A stretch of 54,920 nucleotides of DNA from an uncultured Clostridia bacterium (GCA_947589585.1 CANQCA010000001.1:1-54920); one strand, 5' to 3'. Positions 18,058-26,951 are shown, counted from the stretch's first letter. Notes: generated by a model from the sequence alone, not told the origin. Made by a program: numbers and translations.

Positions 18058-20439
18058 TTATTGTTTCTTCTTGGGGCGGGTGAGGATGTAGTAGCAAATG
18101 CCGAAGATGACGATCCCGAAGAAGAAGATGATGGGGACGACGATGAAGGTCGCAAGGTCGGAAGTGCTCGTAAAGTCGATCTTTGCCGAGAGGGCGACGA
18201 TGAACGTGATCACGATGGTAAGGGCATAGCCGACGACTGCATTGATAAGCGCGGGGCCGTTCCTTCGTATCGAACGTGCGCCGTAGTGGTTCGCATAGGC
18301 GAGACCGGTGACGAGAAGAACGACGACGCCGATCGCCCAGATGAAATAGGGGAAGTAGAGGGGAATGCCGTATTTCTCTCTCACGGCCATCACGATGGCC
18401 CCTTCGACGATGCAAACAAAGAGGAGCACGATGGCGGAGAGGAAGAGCATCTTTCCCTTATGGACGGTGTTGACGATATCTTCCTCGACCTTGGCGGGCA
18501 TGCCGCCGCCCGTCGTCGTGACGCGGATCCCGTCGCGTGAAGCACGCATCTCGAGGTCGTGGAAATCGATCCCGTCGAGCGGGCGTGCATATGCCGCGGC
18601 GTCGCCCCCATGTTCGGGCCGGTTGGCTCCCGCATAGATGCGGCGGACGACGGAACGGTATTCCTGCTCGGCCGCGGAGGCATCGAGCTCACCGTCTTCT
18701 TCCTTCCGTGCGGAAGAATTTACGAGGTCGAGATAGTTTTTGTGAAGGATCTGCTGTTCGCGCTGGCGGAAGATAACTTCTTGCTCCTGTAAGATCCTGC
18801 GTTCCTGATCGGCGAGCTCCTGCACATGCGCCCTGCGCTCGGCGCTGAGCTGTTCGTCCCTTTGGCGGAGAAGATCGGCGAAACGGCTGCGCTCCTGCGC
18901 ATAGAAGGCTTCCCGCTCGTTGAATTGCTGTTCGCGTTCTTCGATGATGCGTTTTCTCGAGGCTTCTTCCTCGTCGAGGATGCGCTTTCTCTCAAGCTCC
19001 TCAGCGGCGAGCGTGGACTTTTTGGCGGCCTCTTCAGCCTCAAGTGCGGCGCGTCTCACAGATTCAGCCTCTTCGAAGGCGCGCTTTCTCTCGGCCTCCT
19101 CGGCATCGAGCTTTGCCTTGCGGGCCTCGGCTTCCTCATCGAGAATACGCCTGCGCTCGCTCTCTTCCGCCTCCAAAGCGGCGCGGCGGGCGGCTTCTTC
19201 CTCGTCCATGGCGCGGCGCCTCTCCTCGAGACGGGCGGCCTCTTCGGCGAGGGCGGCTTCCTTTTGCTCCTGCTCTGCATTGGCGATGGTGATCTGCTCC
19301 CTGCGCATCGCCTCGAGACGTTCACGCTCTGCGGCAAGGGCCTGCTCGCGGGTCGCGATCTCCTGTTCACGCCATGCGAGTTCGCTGTCGGCGGCGTCCT
19401 CGTGCGCTTTTACCTCCTCTTCAAAGAGCTGCTTCTCTTCCTCATGGGCTTTTACTTCCTCTTCGAGGCGAAGCTTTTCCTCTTCGTGCAGACGGACCTC
19501 CTCCGCAAAGAGAAGGCGGTCTTCCTCGTGGGCTTTGACCTCTTCCTCGAGGCGTATCTTTTCTTCTTCGTGCGCCTTGAGTTCTTCCTCGAAGAGCTGT
19601 CTTTCCTCCTCATGCGCCTTGAGTTCTTCCTCGAAGAGCTGTTTTTCCTCTTCGTGCGCTTTTACTTCTTCCTCGAAGAGCTGCTTTTCTTCCTCATGCG
19701 CCTTGACCTCTTCTTCGAGGCGAAGTTTTTCTTCCGCATGGGCTTTTACTTCCTCTTCGAAGAGTTGCTTTTCTTCCTCATGCGCCTTGACCTCTTCTTC
19801 GAGACGAAGTTTTTCTTCCTCATGCGCCTTGACCTCTTCTTCGAGACGAAGTTTTTCTTCCTCGAGAGATTTGCGCTCCTCCTCGAGCTCGGCATTTTTA
19901 CGGGCGAACTCTTCGCTCAGGCGTGCCCGTTCCAAAGAATCATCGAAAACGGGTTCATAGTCGAGCTCCTCGCCTTCGCCCTCGCGGGAGGGGACGCGGG
20001 AGGTCGAGCTGCGCAGAACACGCATGTCCACCTGCGTGGGGGCGGGATTGTTGAAGTCGAAATCCTTATCCGAAATGAGCGAGTCGATGACCGTTCTCGA
20101 ATATTCCCACTCCGATTGGTTTTGCTCAGAGACGAGCTTTCCTTCATCGGTGAGGGAGAAATATTTCCTTCTGCCGCCCGCGACGGAGCCACCCCAATAG
20201 GAAGTCACATAGCCGTTCTTTTCGAGGCGCTTGAGCGCGCTGTAGAGGGAGGGCTCTTTGAGGGAATACTGCCCGTGGCTCTTGCGCTCGATCTCGGACA
20301 TGATCTCGTAGCCGTATTTATCTCCGTCGTAGAGTGCACGCAAGATTATGGTATTGATATGCCCGCGGATGAGATCGGAACTTATCGACTTATCGTCCTT
20401 TTGTTCTTTGACTTCATCGGGAGCGAATTCATCATCCAT
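18058..20439 (-). CDS. PadR-family wHTH fused to a long charged repeat or coiled-coil region and a C-terminal 4-TM domain
   Basis: N-terminus DLIRGHINTIILRALYDGDKYGYEIMSEIERKSHGQYSLKEPSLYSALKRLEKNGYV...GGRRKYFSLTDEG is PadR-like. About 420 aa are E/K/R/A-rich repeats. The last ~150 aa carry four hydrophobic helices. GGAGGA lies upstream. Confidence 0.8.
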   Translation of the reverse strand: MDDEFAPDEVKEQKDDKSISSDLIRGHINTIILRALYDGDKYGYEIMSEIERKSHGQYSLKEPSLYSALKRLEKNGYVTSYWGGSVAGGRRKYFSLTDEGKLVSEQNQSEWEYSRTVIDSLISDKDFDFNNPAPTQVDMRVLRSSTSRVPSREGEGEELDYEPVFDDSLERARLSEEFARKNAELEEERKSLEEEKLRLEEEVKAHEEEKLRLEEEVKAHEEEKQLFEEEVKAHAEEKLRLEEEVKAHEEEKQLFEEEVKAHEEEKQLFEEELKAHEEERQLFEEELKAHEEEKIRLEEEVKAHEEDRLLFAEEVRLHEEEKLRLEEEVKAHEEEKQLFEEEVKAHEDAADSELAWREQEIATREQALAAERERLEAMRREQITIANAEQEQKEAALAEEAARLEERRRAMDEEEAARRAALEAEESERRRILDEEAEARKAKLDAEEAERKRAFEEAESVRRAALEAEEAAKKSTLAAEELERKRILDEEEASRKRIIEEREQQFNEREAFYAQERSRFADLLRQRDEQLSAERRAHVQELADQERRILQEQEVIFRQREQQILHKNYLDLVNSSARKEEDGELDASAAEQEYRSVVRRIYAGANRPEHGGDAAAYARPLDGIDFHDLEMRASRDGIRVTTTGGGMPAKVEEDIVNTVHKGKMLFLSAIVLLFVCIVEGAIVMAVREKYGIPLYFPYFIWAIGVVVLLVTGLAYANHYGARSIRRNGPALINAVVGYALTIVITFIVALSAKIDFTSTSDLATFIVVPIIFFFGIVIFGICYYILTRPKKKQ
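19398..19862 (-). repeat. about 11 tandem 42-bp coding repeats (14-aa unit VKAHEEEK[LQ][RL][LF]EEE)
   Basis: Period-42 tandem repeat seen directly. The last two units on the + strand (CATGCGCCTTGACCTCTTCTTCGAGACGAAGTTTTTCTTCCT) are identical. Confidence 0.9.
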
Positions 20440-20464
20440 AGACGTTTCCTCCTTTGTTTCCTAT

Positions 20465-20493
20465 ATTTTACCACTTTGCATAGATTTTGTCAA
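20465..20493 (-). promoter_or_regulatory. sigma-A type promoter for the PadR-like gene, TTGACA-17-(TGg)TAAAAT on the minus strand
   Basis: Reverse complement reads TTGACAaaatctatgcaaagtggTAAAAT, about 25 nt upstream of the ATG at 20439. Confidence 0.7.
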
Positions 20494-20502
20494 TAGGAAA
20501 AT

Positions 20503-20524
20503 AGTACTATGTCAGACATAATTT
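20503..20524 (+). repeat. copy c of the recurrent motif (AGTACTATGTCAGACATAATTT)
   Basis: Sits in the divergent promoter region, 9 nt beyond the -35 of the PadR-like gene promoter. The core ATGTC-A-GACAT is a perfect palindrome. Confidence 0.8.
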
Positions 20525-20552
20525 TTATAAAAAATTAAGATTTTCTCATAAT

Positions 20553-21932
20553 TTGCACGAAAAACACATAGGAAAGCATGTGAATATCTTGCAGGGGGCA
20601 TTTTTTATCGTCGGCGGAGCGATCGGTGCGGGATTTGTCTCGGGGGCCGAGCTCGTGCGCTTTTTTCCCTCTGCACAGTACTTTGCACCCGCGCTTTTTT
20701 CGGGGATCTGCTTCGCCTTTTTCTGCGCGCTCTTCCTGCATTTCGGCAAGGTCTATGGGGGATTCTATCCCACCCTTGTAAAATTTTTCGGAAGGGGAGC
20801 GGGCGCGGCGAGGATCGCCATCTCGATTCTCTTTCTCGTCCCGTCCGCGGCGATGCTTGCGGGGCTGGATGCGCTTTTGCCCGCTATCTCTCCGCTTCCG
20901 TCGATCGGCGGGGCATTGCTCTGCGCAATGGTCATCCGCCGGGGAACGGTCGGGGTGGGAAAACTGAACAGCATCCTCGTTCCCGCTTTGATCTTCTGCA
21001 TCTTTCTTTTCGGCGGGCGAACGCTCTCCTTCGGCGACATATCGTTCGGGGGAATGGGAGGTGGCCTTCTCTATGCCTCGCTCAACTGCTTTTTGATGGC
21101 GCCCGTGCTCATGGATGCGGGAAGGGATATGCGCAATATCGCTGCGCCCTGTTTGCTTGCGGCCGCCATCGTCTTCTTCTCGTCGATGTGCATTCTCGGA
21201 AGTATCCGTGCTTGCGGCGAGAGGGCATTATCCGCCGAGATGCCCTTCCTCTATGCCATGGGGGGAAGGCCTTTTGTAAAGTTCCCGCTCGCACTCGCCA
21301 TCCTCACCTCGCTCGCATCTTCTCTCTATCCGCTCCTTCGTCTCCTCGAAAAGTTTCCGGGCAAGATAAAAACGGCCGCAAAGGGCGGAATGCTCCTTGC
21401 GGCCTTCGCACTCTCCCGCATCGGTCTTACGGGGATCGTGCAATATATCTACCCCGTGGAGGGGATGCTCGGCATATGCTTTTCAGTTTTCGGTATTTTT
21501 CAGGAGTATTTTCTCGAGAAGCACCACAAGAAAGTACATCCCCGCCGCGAGAACGCACAAGATCAGGGTGGCGCTCATCACGAGGTCGAGGCGGAACACC
21601 TGCCCGCCGTAGACGATAAGGTACCCGAGCCCGGCCCGCGAGACGATGTATTCTCCCATGATGGACCCGATCCACGCCATGCCGACGTTTACTTTCAGCA
21701 TGGAGATGAATGCGGGAAGGGAAGAGGGCACGACGAGCCTCGTGAGGATCTGAAACTTGCTCGCACCCATCGACCTGAGGAGGAGCATCTTATTCTTATC
21801 TGTTTCGATGAAGGCGGAGAGCATGTGCATGATCGCCACGATCACGCCGACGAGTACGGTCATGAACAGGATCGCCGTGCTGCCCGTCCCGAACCAGATG
21901 ATGATGAGCGGCCCCAAAGCGATCTTGGGTAA
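20553..21932 (+). CDS. YkvI-like polytopic membrane protein with a doubtful C-terminal tail
   Basis: The first ~325 aa are a multi-TM protein (FFIVGGAIGAGFVSGAELV...). The last ~130 aa are charged and low-complexity and lie antisense to the ABC permease gene. The start may be the GTG at 20580. Confidence 0.55.
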   Translation: MHEKHIGKHVNILQGAFFIVGGAIGAGFVSGAELVRFFPSAQYFAPALFSGICFAFFCALFLHFGKVYGGFYPTLVKFFGRGAGAARIAISILFLVPSAAMLAGLDALLPAISPLPSIGGALLCAMVIRRGTVGVGKLNSILVPALIFCIFLFGGRTLSFGDISFGGMGGGLLYASLNCFLMAPVLMDAGRDMRNIAAPCLLAAAIVFFSSMCILGSIRACGERALSAEMPFLYAMGGRPFVKFPLALAILTSLASSLYPLLRLLEKFPGKIKTAAKGGMLLAAFALSRIGLTGIVQYIYPVEGMLGICFSVFGIFQEYFLEKHHKKVHPRRENAQDQGGAHHEVEAEHLPAVDDKVPEPGPRDDVFSHDGPDPRHADVYFQHGDECGKGRGHDEPREDLKLARTHRPEEEHLILICFDEGGEHVHDRHDHADEYGHEQDRRAARPEPDDDERPQSDLG

Positions 21933-22301
21933 GGCGTTGATGACGACGATATAGGGTTCGAGCATCTTTCTGACGGTTTCGCTCCACCAGAGGGCGAGGG
22001 CGACGCCGTAGCCCACCGCAACGGCGATGGCAAAGCCCGCAAGCGTCTCCCAGAGCGTCGTCCCGATATGGTAGAAGAGGGTGCCGTCGTCGTAGAGCGA
22101 GGCGATGGTATTTGCGATGCGTGAGGGGGAACTCGTGAGGAAGGGGTCCACCCAGCCGAGATCGGCGGAGAGCTCCCAGAGTCCCAACAGAAGGACGAGA
22201 ATCCCGAGGCGCAACGACCAGACGAGGGCGACGTTTTGCCTTCTTTTTTTGAGAAATTGCCTGTGTTCTGCGGAAAATCCCATTGATTTCTGCTTTTTCA
22301 T
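21483..22301 (-). CDS. ABC transporter permease (NitT/TauT-type)
   Basis: Six-TM BPD-type permease (ALPKIALGPLIIIWFG..., LLRSMGASKFQILTRLVVPSSLP is an EAA-like loop). Its ATG overlaps the ATPase stop (ATGA), with GGAGG upstream. Confidence 0.85.
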   Translation of the reverse strand: MKKQKSMGFSAEHRQFLKKRRQNVALVWSLRLGILVLLLGLWELSADLGWVDPFLTSSPSRIANTIASLYDDGTLFYHIGTTLWETLAGFAIAVAVGYGVALALWWSETVRKMLEPYIVVINALPKIALGPLIIIWFGTGSTAILFMTVLVGVIVAIMHMLSAFIETDKNKMLLLRSMGASKFQILTRLVVPSSLPAFISMLKVNVGMAWIGSIMGEYIVSRAGLGYLIVYGGQVFRLDLVMSATLILCVLAAGMYFLVVLLEKILLKNTEN

Positions 22302-23041
22302 GCGTTCAACTCCTTCCAAAGTATTTCGAACCAGCCCGAAAATCCGTTCATCTCGCGTCTTCTCATGGGATTTTTCTCCTCTCCGAAATCGAGAGTATGC
22401 TCATGCGTGACGCGGGCGGGACGGGGAGATAAGACGAGGATGCGGTCGGCGAGTGAAATGGCCTCGGAGATATCGTGGGTGATGAGAAGGGCGGTCTTTC
22501 CCTCGCTGCGGATGATCCCGGAAACGTCCTCGGTCACATTCAGGCGGGTCTGATAGTCGAGCGCGGAGAAGGGCTCGTCGAGCAGGAGGACGTCGGGGTC
22601 GGTCGCAAGCGTACGGATGAGCGCCGCCCGCTGCCGCATCCCGCCCGAAAGCGCGGAGGGATAGCTCTGAAGAAAGTCGCCGAGCCCGTATTTTCTTGCA
22701 AGCGCTCTGGCGCGTTCGCAATTTTCTTCCGTCTTGATATGTTTGATCTCGAGGGGAAGGAAGATGTTCTTCTCCACCGTCCTCCAGCCGAAGAGCTCAT
22801 CGCGCTGCAGCATATAGCCGCAACTGCCCTGCCGTTCCACCAAGCCCTCCGAGGGCTTCAGCAGCCCTGCCGCGAGGGAGAGGAGGGTGGTTTTTCCGCA
22901 TCCGGAAGGCCCGATGACGGCGACGAATTCTCCTTCCGAAACGCTGAACGAGAGCGCATCCGCAGCTTTGGTCTCGCCGAGCTTTGTGTGATAGATAAGG
23001 GATACACCGGAAAAGCGCAACATTTCCTTTTTCATATGCAT
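22298..23041 (-). CDS. ABC transporter ATP-binding protein
   Basis: GPSGCGKTTLL (Walker A), LSGGMRQRAAL (signature), LLLDEPFSALD (Walker B). Confidence 0.92.
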   Translation of the reverse strand: MHMKKEMLRFSGVSLIYHTKLGETKAADALSFSVSEGEFVAVIGPSGCGKTTLLSLAAGLLKPSEGLVERQGSCGYMLQRDELFGWRTVEKNIFLPLEIKHIKTEENCERARALARKYGLGDFLQSYPSALSGGMRQRAALIRTLATDPDVLLLDEPFSALDYQTRLNVTEDVSGIIRSEGKTALLITHDISEAISLADRILVLSPRPARVTHEHTLDFGEEKNPMRRREMNGFSGWFEILWKELNA

Positions 23042-23064
23042 ACCTTCCGTATTTCAGATGTCTG

Positions 23065-24069
23065 TTATTTTTTGAGGGACGCGTACACTTCCTTTACCAA
23101 GCTGTTGTCGACGAAGAGGGAGAACGGAGCACGCTCGGGAAGCTCGCCCGCCGAGGCGATGATGTCCTGAAGGCGCTCGAAGCTCTCCTCCGTCATTGCC
23201 ATATCCGTCGCCCACGAGTCGATGCGCTTGTAGTTCCGGATGCTCGTTTCAAGCGATTCTATGGAGGTATCCGCAAAGTGTTTTTCGAGATAGGGCGCGA
23301 TGGCCTCGGGCGTGTTGTTTTGGGCGAAGTCCACGGCGCGCAGCATGGCGCGGAGGAATCCTTTCGCCGTAGCTTCGTTTTTTGTGAGCCACGAGCGCTT
23401 TGCGATAAAGCTCGTGTAGGGGACGACGCCGCTCTCATCTCCGACTGCGGCGACGATAAAGCCCTTGCCCGCGGCCTGCACTTCGGATGCGGTCGGTTCG
23501 AACATCGTGCAATACTGTGCCGTTCCCTCGATGAAGGCCGCCGTCATGTTATTGAAGGAGACGTCGAAGTTGAGGTTGATATCCGTGTCCGTGAGGCCGT
23601 GTTCGCGCAAAATGTATTCAAAGGTCATCGCAGGGACGCCGCCCTGTCTTCCCGCCAGAATTTCCTTTCCCTTGAGGCTCTCCCAGGTAAAGGTATCGGC
23701 CTCGTCCTCGCGGGAGAGGAGGAAGGAGCCGTCGCGCTGCGTGAGCTGGCCGAAGACGGTGGGGATATCGCTCGTGCCGCCGAGGGCGACATAGAGCGCC
23801 GCCTCGGGTCCGCAGAACCCGATATCCGCGCCACCCGAGAGAACGGCCGCCATGGTGTTGTCGGCCCCGCCGCCGTTCGTAAGTTCGATCTTGATGCCTT
23901 CTTCCTCGAAGTAGCCGAGCGAATCGGCAAGGTACATCGGGGCATAAAAGATGGAATGTGTGACTTCGTTGAGACGGACCGTCGTAAGGCCGTCGTTTTC
24001 TCCGCCGCAGGCAGAGAGGGGAAGGAGGGCGAAGAGCGCCGCTCCGAGAATTGCGAAAGTTTTTTTCAT
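23065..24069 (-). CDS. ABC transporter substrate-binding lipoprotein (NMT1/THI5-like, NitT/TauT family)
   Basis: MKKTFAILGAALFALLPLSAC is a lipobox. The mature part, IFYAPMYLADSLGYFEEEGIKIEL...GGADIGF, is typical of the NMT1/SsuA fold. Confidence 0.8.
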   Translation of the reverse strand: MKKTFAILGAALFALLPLSACGGENDGLTTVRLNEVTHSIFYAPMYLADSLGYFEEEGIKIELTNGGGADNTMAAVLSGGADIGFCGPEAALYVALGGTSDIPTVFGQLTQRDGSFLLSREDEADTFTWESLKGKEILAGRQGGVPAMTFEYILREHGLTDTDINLNFDVSFNNMTAAFIEGTAQYCTMFEPTASEVQAAGKGFIVAAVGDESGVVPYTSFIAKRSWLTKNEATAKGFLRAMLRAVDFAQNNTPEAIAPYLEKHFADTSIESLETSIRNYKRIDSWATDMAMTEESFERLQDIIASAGELPERAPFSLFVDNSLVKEVYASLKK

Positions 24070-24121
24070 AATCCGCTCCGTGAAAATTGGAATAATATAT
24101 CTTATGTGGACGGTCGTTTAA

Positions 24122-24150
24122 TTGACAACGCCGAAAAAAAGAGATATAAT
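24122..24150 (+). promoter_or_regulatory. sigma-A type promoter, TTGACA-17-TATAAT
   Basis: Perfect hexamers at 24122-24127 and 24145-24150, about 30 nt upstream of the valS start. Confidence 0.75.
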
Positions 24151-24181
24151 CATAGGAGAAACACATTTCGCGAGATGGTAT

Positions 24182-26830
24182 ATGAAAGATATGCAGACAA
24201 CTTACTCCCCCGGAAGCTTCGAAGACCGTATCTATGCCCAGTGGTCGGAAAGCGGCGCCTTCTCGGCAAAGATCGATGCCGATAAGATCCCTTTCACGGT
24301 AATGATGCCGCCCCCCAACGTGACGGGGCAGCTGCATATCGGGCATGCGATGGACGAGACGATGCAGGATATCGTCGTCCGCTTCAAGCGTATGCAGGGG
24401 TACAGCGTCTTGTGGCAGCCCGGCGTCGACCATGCATCGCTTGCCACCGAGCATAAGATCGTCGAAAAGCTCCGCGAGGAGGGGACGACGAAGGAAAAAC
24501 TCGGCAGAGAAGAGTTTTTGAGAAGGGCTTGGGCGTGGAAGGAGCAATACGGCGGCAGGATCGTCGAGCAGCTCAAAAAGCTCGGCTCTTCCTGCGATTG
24601 GTCGCGGCTCGCCTTCACGATGGACGAGAAGTGTTCGCGTGCCGTCCGCGAGGCCTTCTTCCGCCTCTATCATGCGGGGCTCATCTACCGCGGCAGCCGC
24701 ATCATCAACTGGTGCCCCGACTGCAAGACGGCGCTTTCCGACGAAGAGGTCTCCTACTCCGAGGATGACGGACATTTCTGGTATTTCAAATATCCCGTCG
24801 AGGGAACGGGGGAGTTTCTCACCATCGCGACCACCCGTCCCGAGACGATGCTCGGCGATACGGCCGTTGCCGTCAACCCTGCGGACAAGCGCTATGCCTC
24901 TCTCGTGGGAAAGACGCTCATCCTTCCCCTCGTCGGAAGAAGGATCCCCGTCGTCGCCGATAGTTACGTCGATCCCGAATTCGGCACGGGCGCAGTGAAG
25001 ATCACCCCCGCGCACGATCCCAACGACTTCGAGGTGGGCCTCCGCCACAACCTTCCCATGATCCGCATCCTGAGCGACGACGGTACAATTAACGCCGAGG
25101 GCGGAAAATATCAGGGGCTCGACCGCTATGAGGCGAGACGTCGCATCGTTGCCGACATGGAGGCCGAGGGCCTTCTTCTCAAGGTGGAAGCCCACAAGCA
25201 CAATGTCGGGCACTGCCACAGGTGCAACGCGACGCTCGAGCCCATCGTCTCCAAGCAGTGGTTCGTGAAGATGGCGCCCCTCGCAAAGCCCGCGATCGAC
25301 GCCGTCGCAAAGAACAAGACCAAATTCACGCCCGACCGCTTCGCCAAAATTTATTATAATTGGCTGGAAAATATCCGCGATTGGTGCATCTCCCGTCAGC
25401 TCTGGTGGGGGCACCGCATCCCCGTGTGGTACTGCGCCGACTGCGGCGCGGAGATCGTTCCCGAAACGGGGGAGCCGACCGTTTGCCCGCAATGCGGCGG
25501 AGAGGACCTTGCGCAGGATGAGGACTGTCTCGATACATGGTTTTCCTCGGCTCTGTGGCCGTTTTCCACCCTCGGCTGGCCCGAAGAGACCCCCGAATAC
25601 AAATATTTCTACCCGACGGACGTCCTCGTCACGGGCTACGATATCATCCCGTTCTGGGTGATGCGCATGATGGTCTCGGGGCTTCGCTATACGAAGAAGG
25701 TCCCGTTCCGCGACGTGCTCATCCACGGCCTCGTGCGCGACGAACAGGGGCGGAAGATGTCCAAGTCGCTCGGCAACGGCGTCGACCCGCTCGACGTCAT
25801 CGAAAAATACGGCGCGGACTCCCTTCGCCTCGCCCTGATCTCGGGCGTCGCTCCCGGGAATGATACGAGGATGTCGGCCGCCAAGTTCGAGGCCTCCCGG
25901 AACTTCCTCAATAAGATCTGGAACGCCTCCCGCTTTGTCCTGATGAATGTGAAGGACGAAGATATCCCCGCCGATCTTTCCAGGATCAAGCTGCAACCCG
26001 CCGACCGCTGGATCATCTCCCGCCTCATGGCGACGGTGCATGAAGTGACGATCGCACTGCAAAAGTACGATCTCGGGATCGCGGCGGATAAGGTCATGAG
26101 CTTTGCGTGGGACGATTTCTGCGATTGGTATATCGAACTCAGTAAGTCCGCCCTCTACGGCACGGACGTCGAGAGGAAGCTGCAGACGCTCGGCGTGCTT
26201 GTGTTCGTCCTTAAAAACATGTTGAAGCTTCTCCATCCGTTTGCGCCCTTCATCACGGAGGAGATCTGGAGCTATCTCCCGGGAACGGAGGGGATGATCA
26301 TGACGGCGGAGTTCCCGCGCTATAATTCCCGCCTTGCCTACCGCGAGGAAGCGAAGGCATTCGAAGAAGTCATCGAGCTCATCAAGGCGATCCGCGCCAT
26401 CAAGGTGACGTCCTCCTGCCCGCCCGCAAAGAAGGTGCACGTCTTCCTCGTCACCGATCCCGCCCGCCTTGTGCGTGCGAAGCGGCTCATCGCCGTCAAT
26501 AAGCAGTCCATCATGCGCCTTGCCGGCGCGAGCGAAGTGGAATTTGCCGAGAGCGGCGAAGCGGCAGGGGAGAAGACGGTATCTCAGGTCGTCTCTCTCG
26601 CCCATATCTTCGTGCCGCTCGGGGAGCTCGTCAACCTCGAAGAGGAGCGCGCCCGTCTGCAAAAAGAAGCGGAGCGTGTGGAAGGTGAGATCGCCCGTGC
26701 AAACGGTAAGCTCGCCAATCAGAATTTTGTCGCCAAGGCGCCCAAAAAGCTCGTGGACGACGAGCGGGCAAAGCTGGAAAAATTTCTCGATATGAAGCAG
26801 AAACTCGAAGCCCAGCTCAAATCGCTGTAA
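24182..26830 (+). CDS. valS: valine--tRNA ligase
   Basis: PPPNVTGQLHIGHA (HIGH), KMSKSLGN (KMSKS), and a C-terminal coiled coil. The start is set at MKDMQTTY (the ATG at 24191 is also possible). Confidence 0.93.
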   Translation: MKDMQTTYSPGSFEDRIYAQWSESGAFSAKIDADKIPFTVMMPPPNVTGQLHIGHAMDETMQDIVVRFKRMQGYSVLWQPGVDHASLATEHKIVEKLREEGTTKEKLGREEFLRRAWAWKEQYGGRIVEQLKKLGSSCDWSRLAFTMDEKCSRAVREAFFRLYHAGLIYRGSRIINWCPDCKTALSDEEVSYSEDDGHFWYFKYPVEGTGEFLTIATTRPETMLGDTAVAVNPADKRYASLVGKTLILPLVGRRIPVVADSYVDPEFGTGAVKITPAHDPNDFEVGLRHNLPMIRILSDDGTINAEGGKYQGLDRYEARRRIVADMEAEGLLLKVEAHKHNVGHCHRCNATLEPIVSKQWFVKMAPLAKPAIDAVAKNKTKFTPDRFAKIYYNWLENIRDWCISRQLWWGHRIPVWYCADCGAEIVPETGEPTVCPQCGGEDLAQDEDCLDTWFSSALWPFSTLGWPEETPEYKYFYPTDVLVTGYDIIPFWVMRMMVSGLRYTKKVPFRDVLIHGLVRDEQGRKMSKSLGNGVDPLDVIEKYGADSLRLALISGVAPGNDTRMSAAKFEASRNFLNKIWNASRFVLMNVKDEDIPADLSRIKLQPADRWIISRLMATVHEVTIALQKYDLGIAADKVMSFAWDDFCDWYIELSKSALYGTDVERKLQTLGVLVFVLKNMLKLLHPFAPFITEEIWSYLPGTEGMIMTAEFPRYNSRLAYREEAKAFEEVIELIKAIRAIKVTSSCPPAKKVHVFLVTDPARLVRAKRLIAVNKQSIMRLAGASEVEFAESGEAAGEKTVSQVVSLAHIFVPLGELVNLEEERARLQKEAERVEGEIARANGKLANQNFVAKAPKKLVDDERAKLEKFLDMKQKLEAQLKSL

Positions 26831-26835
26831 AAAAA

Positions 26836-26868
26836 AGCACCTTGCTACGTTTTGCAGGGTGCTTTCTT
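26836..26868 (+). terminator. intrinsic terminator after valS
   Basis: 10-bp stem AGCACCTTGC / GCAGGGTGCT, then TTCTT. Confidence 0.7.
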
Positions 26869-26905
26869 ATAATTGGCGGGCAGTTGCAAAAAATATGTCT
26901 CGGGA

Positions 26906-26934
26906 TTGACATTTTCGGAAAAATTTGGTACAAT
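26906..26934 (+). promoter_or_regulatory. sigma-A type promoter with extended -10, TTGACA-17-(TGg)TACAAT
   Basis: -35 at 26906-26911, -10 at 26929-26934. Confidence 0.7.
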
Positions 26935-26951
26935 AAATTAAAGAGGGTCTT

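Noticed and set aside
19398-19862. Regular 42-bp repeats that could superficially resemble a CRISPR array
   Set aside because: The repeats are directly tandem with no unique spacers. They are in frame within a long ORF with a clear 14-aa periodicity, and no cas genes or leader are present.
18826-20496. 556-aa + strand ORF (Leu/Phe/Glu-rich) opposite the PadR-like gene
   Set aside because: It is the mirror image of the Glu/Lys repeat region. Its periodicity is imposed by the real minus-strand gene, and it has no SD or start context.
24070-24121. Expected TPP riboswitch upstream of the NMT1/THI5-like substrate-binding gene
   Set aside because: The minus-strand leader is only a few dozen nt and contains none of the conserved TPP-element strings (such as CTGAGA) that I looked for. 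Substrate assignment to thiamine precursors is therefore not claimed.
23618-26662. 1014-aa ORF on the minus strand
   Set aside because: It is entirely antisense to valS and the SBP gene. Its composition is Arg/Gly/Pro/Asp/His-rich and low-complexity with no recognisable motifs. This is the typical open antisense frame of GC-rich coding DNA. The same reasoning applies to 5133-6869(-), 2489-3715(-), 3725-4978(-), 34269-35525(-), 39862-41322(-) and similar track ORFs.
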